Shown here piece by piece: positions 27,964 through 36,886 of a DNA stretch of 61,397 nucleotides; within the stretch, counting starts at the first letter, position 1, and each line of letters starts with the position of its first letter. Made by a program: the position numbers and the translations under genes. Below the pieces are notes generated by a model, which saw nothing but the letters and a program-made list of their open reading frames with translations, was not told the origin of the DNA and ran no database searches. Source of the DNA: a virus (Duplodnaviria > Caudoviricetes); IMG/VR virus record IMGVR_UViG_3300017971_000306, positions 1-61,397 of that record. One strand, given 5' to 3'.

Positions 27964-30030
27964 ATGAGAACAAAGTATCCAACGAAAGAACAGACCAAGA
28001 AGGCCCTCAAAGAGAGGATCGCAAACGACAATCAGGTGGCGGTGGCCGGGATGCTTCTGATCCACAAGTATCAGACAGCTGACGAGCAGGCCGCTCACAC
28101 GACCAAGTATGAGAATGATGTTGGCTTCAGCGGGGCTGACTCTGAATTCCTGTCGGCCATGGCTGACAAGTATTATGAGACCGGAGCCCTGACTGAGAAT
28201 CAGCTCAAATATGTCAGGAAGATGATGGTCAAATATGCGGGCCAGATCCTCCTACACGGTGGGGTACAGTCAGTGCCTCTGCGTGTCATTACGAATGCCG
28301 AGCGTGCCAAGGAGAAAGAGGCATGGGCCAAGGAGCAGGCCCGGAAGCGGGGGGAGAGCACAAAGCGCAAAGTTGAGCTTGAGGGCACCACCCTCAAGAT
28401 CAGCTTCCCCTATGATCCGGCCCGGGTGGCGGCTGTCAAGGCTCTGTCAGGCCGGAAGTGGGTCAACAACGGGCCGCTGGACAAGTACTGGACAGCCCCG
28501 ATCTCGGTGGAGAATGTGCAGGCCCTTCAGAAGCTGGAGTGGGATGAGTTTGACCAGAAGGCCCTTGATTGGCTAGCCCAGAAAACAGCCCCAGTCAAGG
28601 AGGTCAAAGAGATCCCCGGGCTCAAGGGCACTCTGTATCCCTTCCAGCACGGAGGGGTCAGCTTCATCGAGAGCCGAGGGGGCAGGGCTCTGATAGGGGA
28701 TGAGATGGGGCTCGGCAAGACGGTTCAGGCTCTGGCATGGCTCCAGCTTCACCCGGAGGCAAGGCCAGCCGTGATAGTGGTCCCGGCCTCCCTCAAGCTC
28801 AATTGGGAGCGGGAGGTGTTCAGCTGGATGACAGACACGCTTCCCATAGTCCTCAGCGGCAGGCCCAAGAGCAAAGGGGAGTACAAGCCCGGGAACAACA
28901 AGGATGTGTTCATCATCAACTATGACATCCTCCCCAACAAGCGGGAGAAACAGGGCAAGAAGCAGGTGGAGATTGCCAACACTGGTTGGGCTGATATCCT
29001 CCTCAAGCTGAAGCCCAAGGCTGTCATACTGGATGAGTGCCACTACATCAAGAACAGCAAGGCATACCGGACCAAGGATGCGAAGCGGCTCTGCAAGGCC
29101 GCAGATCACGTCATCTGCCTCTCCGGGACCCCGATCATCAACAGGCCCATCGAGATGTTCAACGCCATACAGGCTATTGAGCCGGGCATCTTCCCCAGCT
29201 TCTGGGACTATGCTCAAAGGTATTGCGGAGCAACTCACAATGGATTTGGTTGGGACTTTGGCGGGGCCCAGAATGAGGATGAACTCCACGAGAAGCTGGT
29301 CAGCACAATCATGCTCCGGAGGCTCAAGAAGGATGTGCTCAAGGATCTCCCACCAAAGGTCCGCACAGTCATCCCTCTGGAGTTGTCCAACAGGGCCGAG
29401 TATGACAAAGCCTCAGCTGACTTCATCGAGTGGCTGGGAGAGAAGGACCCGGACAAGGTTGCGGCGGCAGAGAGGGCCGAGACACTGGTGAGGATCGAGA
29501 AGCTGAAACAGCTGTGCATCAAGGGGAAGGGGAAGCAGGCTGTTGAGTGGATACGTGACTACATAGAACAGGATGGGAAGCTGGTGGTGTTCGCCACTCA
29601 CAAGGCCACGATCAAGGCCCTGCAAAAACACTTCCCGGAGATCTCAGTTGTTCTGGATGGGAGCACAGCAATGAAGGACCGTCAGGCCGCTGTGGACCGC
29701 TTCCAGAAGGACCCCAAGATCAAACTGTTCCTCGGGAACATCAAAGCCGCTGGGGTGGGGCTCACCCTGACTGCGGCCTCGGCTACCTGCTTTGTGGAAC
29801 TGGGATGGACTCCCGGGGAACACGATCAGGCCGAGGACCGTGTTCACAGGATCGGACAGGAAGCCGATTCAGTCAATGCCTACTATCTGGTTGCAGATGG
29901 GAGCGTGGAGACTGAGATTGCGGCCCTGCTCGATGAGAAGCGGAAGGTGCTGGCGGCTGTCCTTGACGGTGAGGAGGTTGAGGAGGCCGGGATGCTCACG
30001 GCTCTGTTGGAGCGGATGACTTCAAGCTGA
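27964..30030 (+). CDS. SNF2-family ATPase (HARP/SMARCAL1-like)
   Basis: DEMGLGKT, VVPASLKLNW, ILDECH, LSGTPIINRP, GVGLTLT, QAEDRVHRIGQ motifs. Confidence 0.93.
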   Translation: MRTKYPTKEQTKKALKERIANDNQVAVAGMLLIHKYQTADEQAAHTTKYENDVGFSGADSEFLSAMADKYYETGALTENQLKYVRKMMVKYAGQILLHGGVQSVPLRVITNAERAKEKEAWAKEQARKRGESTKRKVELEGTTLKISFPYDPARVAAVKALSGRKWVNNGPLDKYWTAPISVENVQALQKLEWDEFDQKALDWLAQKTAPVKEVKEIPGLKGTLYPFQHGGVSFIESRGGRALIGDEMGLGKTVQALAWLQLHPEARPAVIVVPASLKLNWEREVFSWMTDTLPIVLSGRPKSKGEYKPGNNKDVFIINYDILPNKREKQGKKQVEIANTGWADILLKLKPKAVILDECHYIKNSKAYRTKDAKRLCKAADHVICLSGTPIINRPIEMFNAIQAIEPGIFPSFWDYAQRYCGATHNGFGWDFGGAQNEDELHEKLVSTIMLRRLKKDVLKDLPPKVRTVIPLELSNRAEYDKASADFIEWLGEKDPDKVAAAERAETLVRIEKLKQLCIKGKGKQAVEWIRDYIEQDGKLVVFATHKATIKALQKHFPEISVVLDGSTAMKDRQAAVDRFQKDPKIKLFLGNIKAAGVGLTLTAASATCFVELGWTPGEHDQAEDRVHRIGQEADSVNAYYLVADGSVETEIAALLDEKRKVLAAVLDGEEVEEAGMLTALLERMTSS

Positions 30031-30130
30031 GCCGAGGTGCCATGGGGAGGTTGGTCACATACAAAGACACACGACCACCTCCCCTCGCCATGCGTAGTGG
30101 CAGGGAAGTGGCATCTGCGTGATCTCTGCG

Positions 30131-30161
30131 CATAGCAGGATCTAGCCCAAAGTTGTATAAT
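30131..30161 (+). promoter_or_regulatory. Candidate phage-specific promoter CATAGCAGGA-N13-TGTATAAT
   Basis: 19-nt identity with 47912-47930; same spacing at five sites. Confidence 0.75.
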
Positions 30162-30180
30162 ACCCAAAAAGGAGTACAGA

Positions 30181-30429
30181 ATGCCGAGAACCAAGATGCC
30201 TGTGGACACGGATCTCCCGGACCCGATCCCAGCTGGAACAAAGATAGTGACCAAGTCAGGCATGCGAGGGATCGTGGACCCCACCAACAAAGAGGACAGG
30301 TGGGGGTATGATGTGTACAAGGTGTTCCTGCCCCGGCAGGAGATAAATGGATGGTGGTACCCGGACTGGGTGCTGTATTACACGAAACAGGAAATGGATG
30401 AAGCAGGAGTGGAGGTTGATATATCATGA
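30181..30429 (+). CDS. Hypothetical protein
   Basis: Promoter, leader motif, MPRTKMP start. Confidence 0.7.
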   Translation: MPRTKMPVDTDLPDPIPAGTKIVTKSGMRGIVDPTNKEDRWGYDVYKVFLPRQEINGWWYPDWVLYYTKQEMDEAGVEVDIS

Positions 30430-31307
30430 AACAGATGTTTGTACCAAAGCAGTTCAGAGCGGCCACGCTGGCAATGATCGAGCAGGCCAATGACATAATC
30501 GAGGACTACATGCGGATGGGCTATGAGCTCACCCTGCGACAGCTGTACTATCAGTTTGTTGCCCGGGATCTCCTCCCCAACAGTGACAAAAGCTATAACA
30601 AGCTGGGGGAGACAATCTCAAATGCCAGGCTAGCCGGGATGGTGGACTGGGATGCGATCCGGGACAGGACCCGCTTCACCCGGGCTCTGACCCACTGGGA
30701 TGGCCCGGGACAGATCGTGGAAGCGGCGGCAAACTCATACAGACGTGATCACTGGGAGGGCCAGCCCTATTACGCAGAGGCATGGGTGGAGAAGGATGCC
30801 CTGATTGACGTGATCCAGAGGGCTTCCGAGGGAGCAGACATCACCTGCTTCTCATGCCGGGGCTATGTCAGCCAGACGGCCATGTATGAGGCCGCACGCA
30901 GATTCAAGTATCAGATCCGGGAGGACCGCAAGTGCGTCCTGTTCCACCTCGGTGACCACGATCCCTCTGGGATTGATATGACCCGGGACATACAGGACAG
31001 GCTGTCCACCTTTGGGGCTGATGTCGAGGTCCGGAGGCTAGCCCTGAACATGGATCAGGTCCAGCAGTACGGGCCACCGCCCAACCCTGCCAAGCTGACC
31101 GATTCACGCTGTGGCGACTACATTGCTGAGTACGGGTATGAAAGCTGGGAATTGGATGCGCTGGAGCCGCCAGTGCTTGTCCAGCTGATACGGGATGAGG
31201 TGGCCACGATCAAGGACCAGCCCGCATGGGATGCGGTGTTGGAGAGGGAAGCCGAGGAAAAGGAGGCCCTCAGGGAAGCCGCTGATGACATGCACGAGAG
31301 GTTTTGA
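30426..31307 (+). CDS. Topoisomerase VI-A/Spo11-like WHD-TOPRIM protein
   Basis: LTLRQLYY (candidate catalytic Tyr), WVEKDAL, CRGYVS, LGDHDPSG, WELDAL motifs. Confidence 0.8.
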   Translation: MKQMFVPKQFRAATLAMIEQANDIIEDYMRMGYELTLRQLYYQFVARDLLPNSDKSYNKLGETISNARLAGMVDWDAIRDRTRFTRALTHWDGPGQIVEAAANSYRRDHWEGQPYYAEAWVEKDALIDVIQRASEGADITCFSCRGYVSQTAMYEAARRFKYQIREDRKCVLFHLGDHDPSGIDMTRDIQDRLSTFGADVEVRRLALNMDQVQQYGPPPNPAKLTDSRCGDYIAEYGYESWELDALEPPVLVQLIRDEVATIKDQPAWDAVLEREAEEKEALREAADDMHERF

Positions 31308-32203
31308 TGGACTTCCAGAAGCTGTGTGATCATTACAGAATAAGCACTGCCCCTCCCGGTGACAAACACCATCGGGAGGGGTGGATCAATGTCCCATGCC
31401 CCTTCTGTTCTGGCAACCCGGGGCACCACCTCGGCTACAGTGAGGACCGGGGCTCATTCTCCTGCTACAGGTGTGGGCGCAAGAAGCGGCTCAAGGCCAT
31501 CATGGGGCTCCTGAACATCAGTGAGCCGGAAGCCAAACGCATCATCCGGCAGTTCAAGGGAAGGCCAACAGCCCGGGACAAAACCAAATCCAAGCCCAAG
31601 ATCCGGAGAATCAGGAAGTTGATATGGCCGACAGGCACCGGACCCATGGCAGAGATCCATCACCGCTATCTCCGGGGCCGGGGCTATGACTCCAAGGCTC
31701 TGGAAAGGCTCTGGGGCCTCAAGGGAACACTCCGCACGGGCCTGTACAAATTCAGAGTGATGGCCCCTATCACCTTTGAGGATCGGCTGGTGTCCTATCA
31801 GGGCCGGGACATTACGGGCCGGAGCCCTCTCAAGTACAAGGCCTGCGCTCAGGAGAATGAGGTGCGGGATCACAAGCATTGCCTGTATGGTCTGGACAAG
31901 GTCCCGGGAGACACCGTTGTGATTGTCGAGGGGATTGCTGATGTATGGCGTCTGGGACCCGGGGCTGTGGCTACCTTTGGCATCCAGTACACCCGCCAGC
32001 AGGTGATGCTCCTGCGTGGCTTCTCGACCCAATTTGTGATGTATGACAGCGGTGATCCGCAGGCCGTGATTCAGGCCCGGAGCCTTGCCGCAGAGTTGAG
32101 TGCTTTCTCGGGCTCGGTGGAGATCCTTGCGCTGGACACTGGGGACCCGGGAGAGATGGAGCAGGAGGAGGCTGACAAGCTAATGCATGAGCTGTTACCG
32201 TAA
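31304..32203 (+). CDS. DNA primase (Zn finger + TOPRIM)
   Basis: CPFC...CYRCG, YLRGRG, YQGRDI, IVEGIADV, YDSGD. Confidence 0.9.
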   Translation: MMDFQKLCDHYRISTAPPGDKHHREGWINVPCPFCSGNPGHHLGYSEDRGSFSCYRCGRKKRLKAIMGLLNISEPEAKRIIRQFKGRPTARDKTKSKPKIRRIRKLIWPTGTGPMAEIHHRYLRGRGYDSKALERLWGLKGTLRTGLYKFRVMAPITFEDRLVSYQGRDITGRSPLKYKACAQENEVRDHKHCLYGLDKVPGDTVVIVEGIADVWRLGPGAVATFGIQYTRQQVMLLRGFSTQFVMYDSGDPQAVIQARSLAAELSAFSGSVEILALDTGDPGEMEQEEADKLMHELLP

Positions 32204-32229
32204 CAGAAATGCCGGCAAGCTTGTACCAT
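32199..32229 (+). promoter_or_regulatory. Degenerate copy of the phage promoter (CGTAACAGAA-N13-TGTACCAT)
   Basis: Same spacing as the other copies; lies at a gene boundary. Confidence 0.45.
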
Positions 32230-32404
32230 AGTCGATGAGAACATATTTGACATAATTGCGAGCGGTCCCGAGGGGGCCAAATGTCACCCGGGCCTTGTGC
32301 CCAAAACCGTCTGTACTCCGGTGGCATCCCCTCGGGGCTTTAATCCTTGGCAACAGGAGGATCAAAGCGTGAATACACGCCCAATTTCACTTTCACTTTC
32401 TATG

Positions 32405-32471
32405 CCCCAGCCGGGGGAAGCCCTTACACGCTTTGAGGGGTTGCCCTTTTCCCGGCTCGGGGCTGTTTTTT
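32405..32471 (+). terminator. Long hairpin followed by a T-run (terminator/attenuator)
   Basis: CCCCAGCCGGG...CCCGGCTCGGGG stem then TGTTTTTTG, just before the replication-initiator-like gene. Confidence 0.55.
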
Positions 32472-32490
32472 GTTGGTATGGGGGAAGCGT

Positions 32491-33282
32491 ATGCGATTGA
32501 TTGTGCTCAACAACGGCCCAACAGCTACCGGGAGAGAGGACCCATTGCTCAGCTGGAGGGCCAAGGGCTTGTTGTGGTGGCTTCTGAACACCGCTCACAA
32601 ATCTGTCAGCTCACACTCTATTGTTGAGGCCTCGATGGAGGGCCGTGATGCCAAGGATTATGCCCTCAAGGAGTTGGAGCGGCAGGGCTATCTGCGCAGG
32701 GTCCGGCTACACCGGGAAGGCCGCATTGCGGGCTGGGGATGGGTCGTGTTTACCGCTCCAACCCGGATGACTCACGAGGAGGTTGCCGAGGTTGCGAGTG
32801 GGAAGGTGTTTGGGACCCCACAAGAGACAAAGAAAAGTACACAAAAGAAAGAGAGAAAAAAAGATATATTCTCTGACCCTCTGGATAACCAGATTCTGGA
32901 AAGTCAGGAAGTGGATGTAAAATCAAGCGTTTCAGTGTCTCCACCTTCTCTCAAGGACCGCACGGCCCGTTTTGTCCCATACGCAAAAAAGCTGGCCTAT
33001 GTTATCAAACAGGCCAAAAACATCAAGACCTCTCCCCAGAGGCTTCAAGCTTGGGCAAACGAGATCCGGAAGCTACACGAGGTGGATGGGGTCTCAACCC
33101 GGAGGATCAAGCAGGCCATTATCTGGTACCGCAAGAATATTGGCGGCCAGTATGTGCCAGTGGTTGAATCCGGGGAGAGCCTGAGAAACAAGTTTGTGAG
33201 ACTGGAAGATGCCATGGCCCGGGCCGGGGATGATCAGCCAGATGAAGAGGATGGATTCAGGATTGGAGGGATCAAGATATGA
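32491..33282 (+). CDS. Putative replication initiator / helicase-loader-like protein with N-terminal wHTH
   Basis: LSWRAKGLL...EGRDA...ALKELERQGYL N-terminus; SGESLRNKFVRL C-terminal motif; lies between primase and helicase. Confidence 0.7.
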   Translation: MRLIVLNNGPTATGREDPLLSWRAKGLLWWLLNTAHKSVSSHSIVEASMEGRDAKDYALKELERQGYLRRVRLHREGRIAGWGWVVFTAPTRMTHEEVAEVASGKVFGTPQETKKSTQKKERKKDIFSDPLDNQILESQEVDVKSSVSVSPPSLKDRTARFVPYAKKLAYVIKQAKNIKTSPQRLQAWANEIRKLHEVDGVSTRRIKQAIIWYRKNIGGQYVPVVESGESLRNKFVRLEDAMARAGDDQPDEEDGFRIGGIKI

Positions 33283-33737
33283 GCGTGGTGAGAGGATGGA
33301 CGTGTCAGGACTGTTTGAGGAAATACCGGGATGGGGACAAGACAACCTTCCCCATCACCATATACCCCAACCCCGCAGACATACACTGCAAGGGGAAGCC
33401 AGCCTGTGTACAGCTGGAGATCACCGAGGAGGATCAGGTGGAGTTGGGACAGGATCGGCTCCGGGACAACCTGATGAAGGACTACAGACTGATGAGCCGG
33501 GATTACACCCTAGAGTTGTTGGACAAGGTGGAGGAGATCCTGAAGGCCCATCTCATGATGGCGTGGCAGTGGGTTAACAGGGCCGTGATGGACATCGATG
33601 GCACCCACACGGTGATCCTCGACTATCCAATCAAATCCCCTTCTCTGGACGTGTACGACAATCTGACAGAGTTGATCAAATATCTCAAGAAAAAGCTGGA
33701 GAGTACAGATGGCGAGGGTGAAGCGCAAGAAGGTTGA
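33279..33737 (+). CDS. Hypothetical protein
   Basis: ATGA-coupled; CxxC near the N-terminus. Confidence 0.6.
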   Translation: MSVVRGWTCQDCLRKYRDGDKTTFPITIYPNPADIHCKGKPACVQLEITEEDQVELGQDRLRDNLMKDYRLMSRDYTLELLDKVEEILKAHLMMAWQWVNRAVMDIDGTHTVILDYPIKSPSLDVYDNLTELIKYLKKKLESTDGEGEAQEG

Positions 33738-35268
33738 GAACAGTGTCGAGAGGAGAATGGCCACTGGCATGATTGTCAGCACCCGGGCTCTGCGGGAGAT
33801 CCAGACCCTGTACAACGAGGATCTGGTGGAGATCCCCTATGTGCGCCGGATAGCCAACTGGTGTCTGGAGTATTTCAGCCGCTATCAGAGAGCCCCGGGA
33901 AAGCACATACAGGACATATTCAACAGTCAGGTCCGCAAGGGGATGGATGAGGATGAGGCAGACCTGATCAGTGATTTCCTTGACGAGATCTCCGAGGAGT
34001 ATGCCCGGGCCGATCACTTCAACGTCCCATACCTGCTGGATGAGGTGGAGGAGCGGCTCAAGGCCATCAGCCTCCAACATCTGGCCGAGGACATACAAGC
34101 CCATCTGTCCAATGGAAGCACTCTGGAGGCCGAGGGCCTGCTGGGGCAATATGACAGGATCTCCCGGCCCTCCTCCAATGGGGTCAACCCACTGGATGAT
34201 CCAGAGGTGGTTCAAGCCGCTTTTGAATCCCGGGCCGAGCCCCTGTTCACTCTCCCGGGAGCCGCAGGGGATCTCCTGAATGACCAGCTGGTCCGGGGAG
34301 GCTTTCTGGGCTTCATGGGAAAGGCCAAGATTGGCAAGACAGCGATGTTGCTTGAGATGGTCCACCGGAGCCTCCTGCACCGCAACAACACAGCATTCTT
34401 CTCAGCCGGGGATGAGACACAGGAGGATATGACAGTCAGGCACCATGTACGCTTGGCAGGAAAGAGCAATCAGGGGAGGTACTGTGGGAAGCTGTGGGTG
34501 CCAGTCCTTGATTGCGAATACAACCAAGATAACACCTGCAACCGGAAGCACCGGGAGGGTGACACCGGACTGGAGGGTGCGACCTCGATGGAGGATGCCC
34601 CGGATGACTACAAGCCCTGTTCATATTGTGCCAAGCATGATCGGCCCCGCTTCCGGGGAGCCATGTGGTACAGGCGCAGAGATCCCGTGACCCCTCTGAC
34701 ATGGAGAGAGGGGCTCAAGATCGGCCAGAGGTTTATGAAGCGGCTGAAGGGCCGTCAGTTCAAGCTTGTGACCACTCCCAACAGCACTCTGACAGTACAG
34801 GATATTGAGGCCCATCTGGATGCTTGGGAGCACTTTGATGGATGGGTCCCGGATGTCATTGTGATTGACTATGCGGACATCATGGCCCCGGAGCCCGAGG
34901 ACCGCAGGAAGGATACCCGGGACCAACAGAATGGGACGTGGAAAGCCCTGCGCAGACTATCCCAGAAGCGGCATGTGCTGGTCATCACGGCTACCCAAGC
35001 GGATGCTGAAAGCTATGACACAGCCAGACTCAAGCTCAAAAACTTCTCTGAGTGCCGGCAGAAGTATGATCACGTGACCGGGATGCTGGGGCTCAACCAG
35101 ACTGATGAAGAGAAGCGGCGTGGCATCATGAGAGTGGGTTGGATGCTCCTGCGCCACGGTGAGTTTGACCCGAGCCGGATGACTGTCTTGCTCCAATGTC
35201 TCCAACAGGGCAGGCCGCTGATCGGATCTTTTCCCCTGCGGTTCAAGAAGAAAGACAAAAAGGCATAG
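33709..35268 (+). CDS. Replicative DnaB-like (SF4) helicase
   Basis: GKAKIGKT Walker A, VIVIDYADIM, VITATQA; Cys-containing insertion. Confidence 0.88.
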   Translation: MARVKRKKVENSVERRMATGMIVSTRALREIQTLYNEDLVEIPYVRRIANWCLEYFSRYQRAPGKHIQDIFNSQVRKGMDEDEADLISDFLDEISEEYARADHFNVPYLLDEVEERLKAISLQHLAEDIQAHLSNGSTLEAEGLLGQYDRISRPSSNGVNPLDDPEVVQAAFESRAEPLFTLPGAAGDLLNDQLVRGGFLGFMGKAKIGKTAMLLEMVHRSLLHRNNTAFFSAGDETQEDMTVRHHVRLAGKSNQGRYCGKLWVPVLDCEYNQDNTCNRKHREGDTGLEGATSMEDAPDDYKPCSYCAKHDRPRFRGAMWYRRRDPVTPLTWREGLKIGQRFMKRLKGRQFKLVTTPNSTLTVQDIEAHLDAWEHFDGWVPDVIVIDYADIMAPEPEDRRKDTRDQQNGTWKALRRLSQKRHVLVITATQADAESYDTARLKLKNFSECRQKYDHVTGMLGLNQTDEEKRRGIMRVGWMLLRHGEFDPSRMTVLLQCLQQGRPLIGSFPLRFKKKDKKA

Positions 35269-35294
35269 CAGGATTGGATGGATCATTGTATAGT
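35264..35294 (+). promoter_or_regulatory. Phage promoter copy CATAGCAGGA-N13-TGTATAGT
   Basis: Identical upstream box and spacing; heads the operon containing the radical SAM cluster. Confidence 0.7.
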
Positions 35295-35369
35295 AGGTTG
35301 GATATGTTAAGTTGTTTGACAATTGAGTAGGTGAGCCAAGGTTGCTAACCAAGTGAAAGGAGGAAAACC

Positions 35370-36029
35370 ATGGCCAGAAAGACAACGACAGAGGGTGACG
35401 AGGGGATCCAGACCGAGAGACTGATTGCGGCGGCACGGGACATGAACACCGTGATGGGCCTCGATCCGGCTATTGGCACGGATGACGAGGGCAATGATAT
35501 CATTGAAGATTTGCCCGATGAGGACCTGACAGCCGCTATCAAGAATGAGGCTGACGAGGTACTGGCGAAAGACAAACTTGAGGATGACACGTGGGCAGTC
35601 CTTGAGGAATTGGGCGTGGCTGAGAAGGCCATAGCCGAGCGCAACAAGAAAGCCCCGGCAAAGGAGGAGAAAGTGGCAGACAAAAAGAAAGCCGCAAAAG
35701 ACAAGAAGGCTCCCGCCAAGGGCAAGGACAAGAAAGCCCCGGCCAAGGAGGAGAAAAAGGCAAAGGCTCCCAAGAAGGAAAGCAAGCCCAAGGAGCCCAA
35801 GGGACCCCGCTACAGCAGAGCCCGGGCCGTGGCCGATGCGCTGGGCAAGGTCAAAAAGACCTTCACCGTGCAGGAGTTGGCTGAGAAGGCTGATGAGCTG
35901 TACAAGGACGTCACTGGCGGGTCCAACGTCAAGGAGGCCCTTGCGGTTGCCAAGATCGCAGTGGGTGTCCTCGATCAGCTGGGCACGATTCAGGCCGCTG
36001 AGGAAAAGAACACCTACACCAAGGCATAA
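35370..36029 (+). CDS. Acidic N-domain / Lys-Ala-Pro linker / helical C-domain protein, possibly DNA-binding
   Basis: KKAPAK repeats; AAGGAGG RBS. Confidence 0.7.
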   Translation: MARKTTTEGDEGIQTERLIAAARDMNTVMGLDPAIGTDDEGNDIIEDLPDEDLTAAIKNEADEVLAKDKLEDDTWAVLEELGVAEKAIAERNKKAPAKEEKVADKKKAAKDKKAPAKGKDKKAPAKEEKKAKAPKKESKPKEPKGPRYSRARAVADALGKVKKTFTVQELAEKADELYKDVTGGSNVKEALAVAKIAVGVLDQLGTIQAAEEKNTYTKA

Positions 36030-36031
36030 TC

Positions 36032-36886
36032 ATGTCTTGGGTCCGGTGCGCTGACTACAAGCGGGACACGCTTCAGAGCATCCCCGATCACATCTGGTCG
36101 GGGATGCCTGACGTGTCGGGCAAGCGGGTGTTCATAAAGCCCAATTTGGTCTGTCCCCCTACCCGTTGGGACAAGGCCTCCACCACATCGGTGAACGTGG
36201 TCCGGCTCGTGATCGAGCGGCTACAGGATGCCGGGGCCTCCTCCATCGTTGTAGGTGACTGCGGCTTCCAGGATCAGTGGGATGCCACGCTGGAGATCTC
36301 CGGCTATGGCAAGCTGTCCAAGCAGTACGGGGTGGAGTTGATCGGCCTCCAGTGCGGCCCCAATTTTCACCGCTTCACCCTCCACCGTCTGAACAAGGGT
36401 GAATACATGTCTTTGTATGGGGCCAAAATATCCGATTTTGTATTGGGGTGCGACACTGTTTTCAACCTGCCCAAGCTCAAGGTCCACTCCATGGCTCTGG
36501 TCACCGGGGCTATCAAGAACATGATGGGCACGATGGCCCAGAAGGGCTCCATGCATCCCAAGGCCAATATCAAGATCCTTCACAAGCGGCTCCGGGACCT
36601 GTACTACATCATGAGCCCTCTGGTTGGATTTGTCCTGATGGATGGGGTCTATGGATCGGAGTACACCGAGCAATACGGGGTCCCGGTTCACTCGGGTCTG
36701 CTCATATCCGGGACAGACATGTGGGAGGTGGATTGTCTGGCGGCTTCTGCCATGGATATCTGCCACGAGGATGTGCCCTATTTGACGTACATAGGCAGGG
36801 ACAAGGCTATAGACAGCCCTGACCTGATCGATGAATCTGCTGTCATCTCGTATGAAAGGCCGTTGGCATGGCGAAAGACAAAGTGA
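36032..36886 (+). CDS. DUF362-family protein
   Basis: KRVFIKPNLV, IVVGD, NLPKLKVH...TGAIKNMMG, LMDG, VDCLAASAM motifs. Confidence 0.85.
   Translation: MSWVRCADYKRDTLQSIPDHIWSGMPDVSGKRVFIKPNLVCPPTRWDKASTTSVNVVRLVIERLQDAGASSIVVGDCGFQDQWDATLEISGYGKLSKQYGVELIGLQCGPNFHRFTLHRLNKGEYMSLYGAKISDFVLGCDTVFNLPKLKVHSMALVTGAIKNMMGTMAQKGSMHPKANIKILHKRLRDLYYIMSPLVGFVLMDGVYGSEYTEQYGVPVHSGLLISGTDMWEVDCLAASAMDICHEDVPYLTYIGRDKAIDSPDLIDESAVISYERPLAWRKTK

Noticed and set aside
33709-35268. Intein in DnaB
   Set aside because: The insertion is short and lacks C-terminal HN-C/S/T and homing endonuclease motifs.
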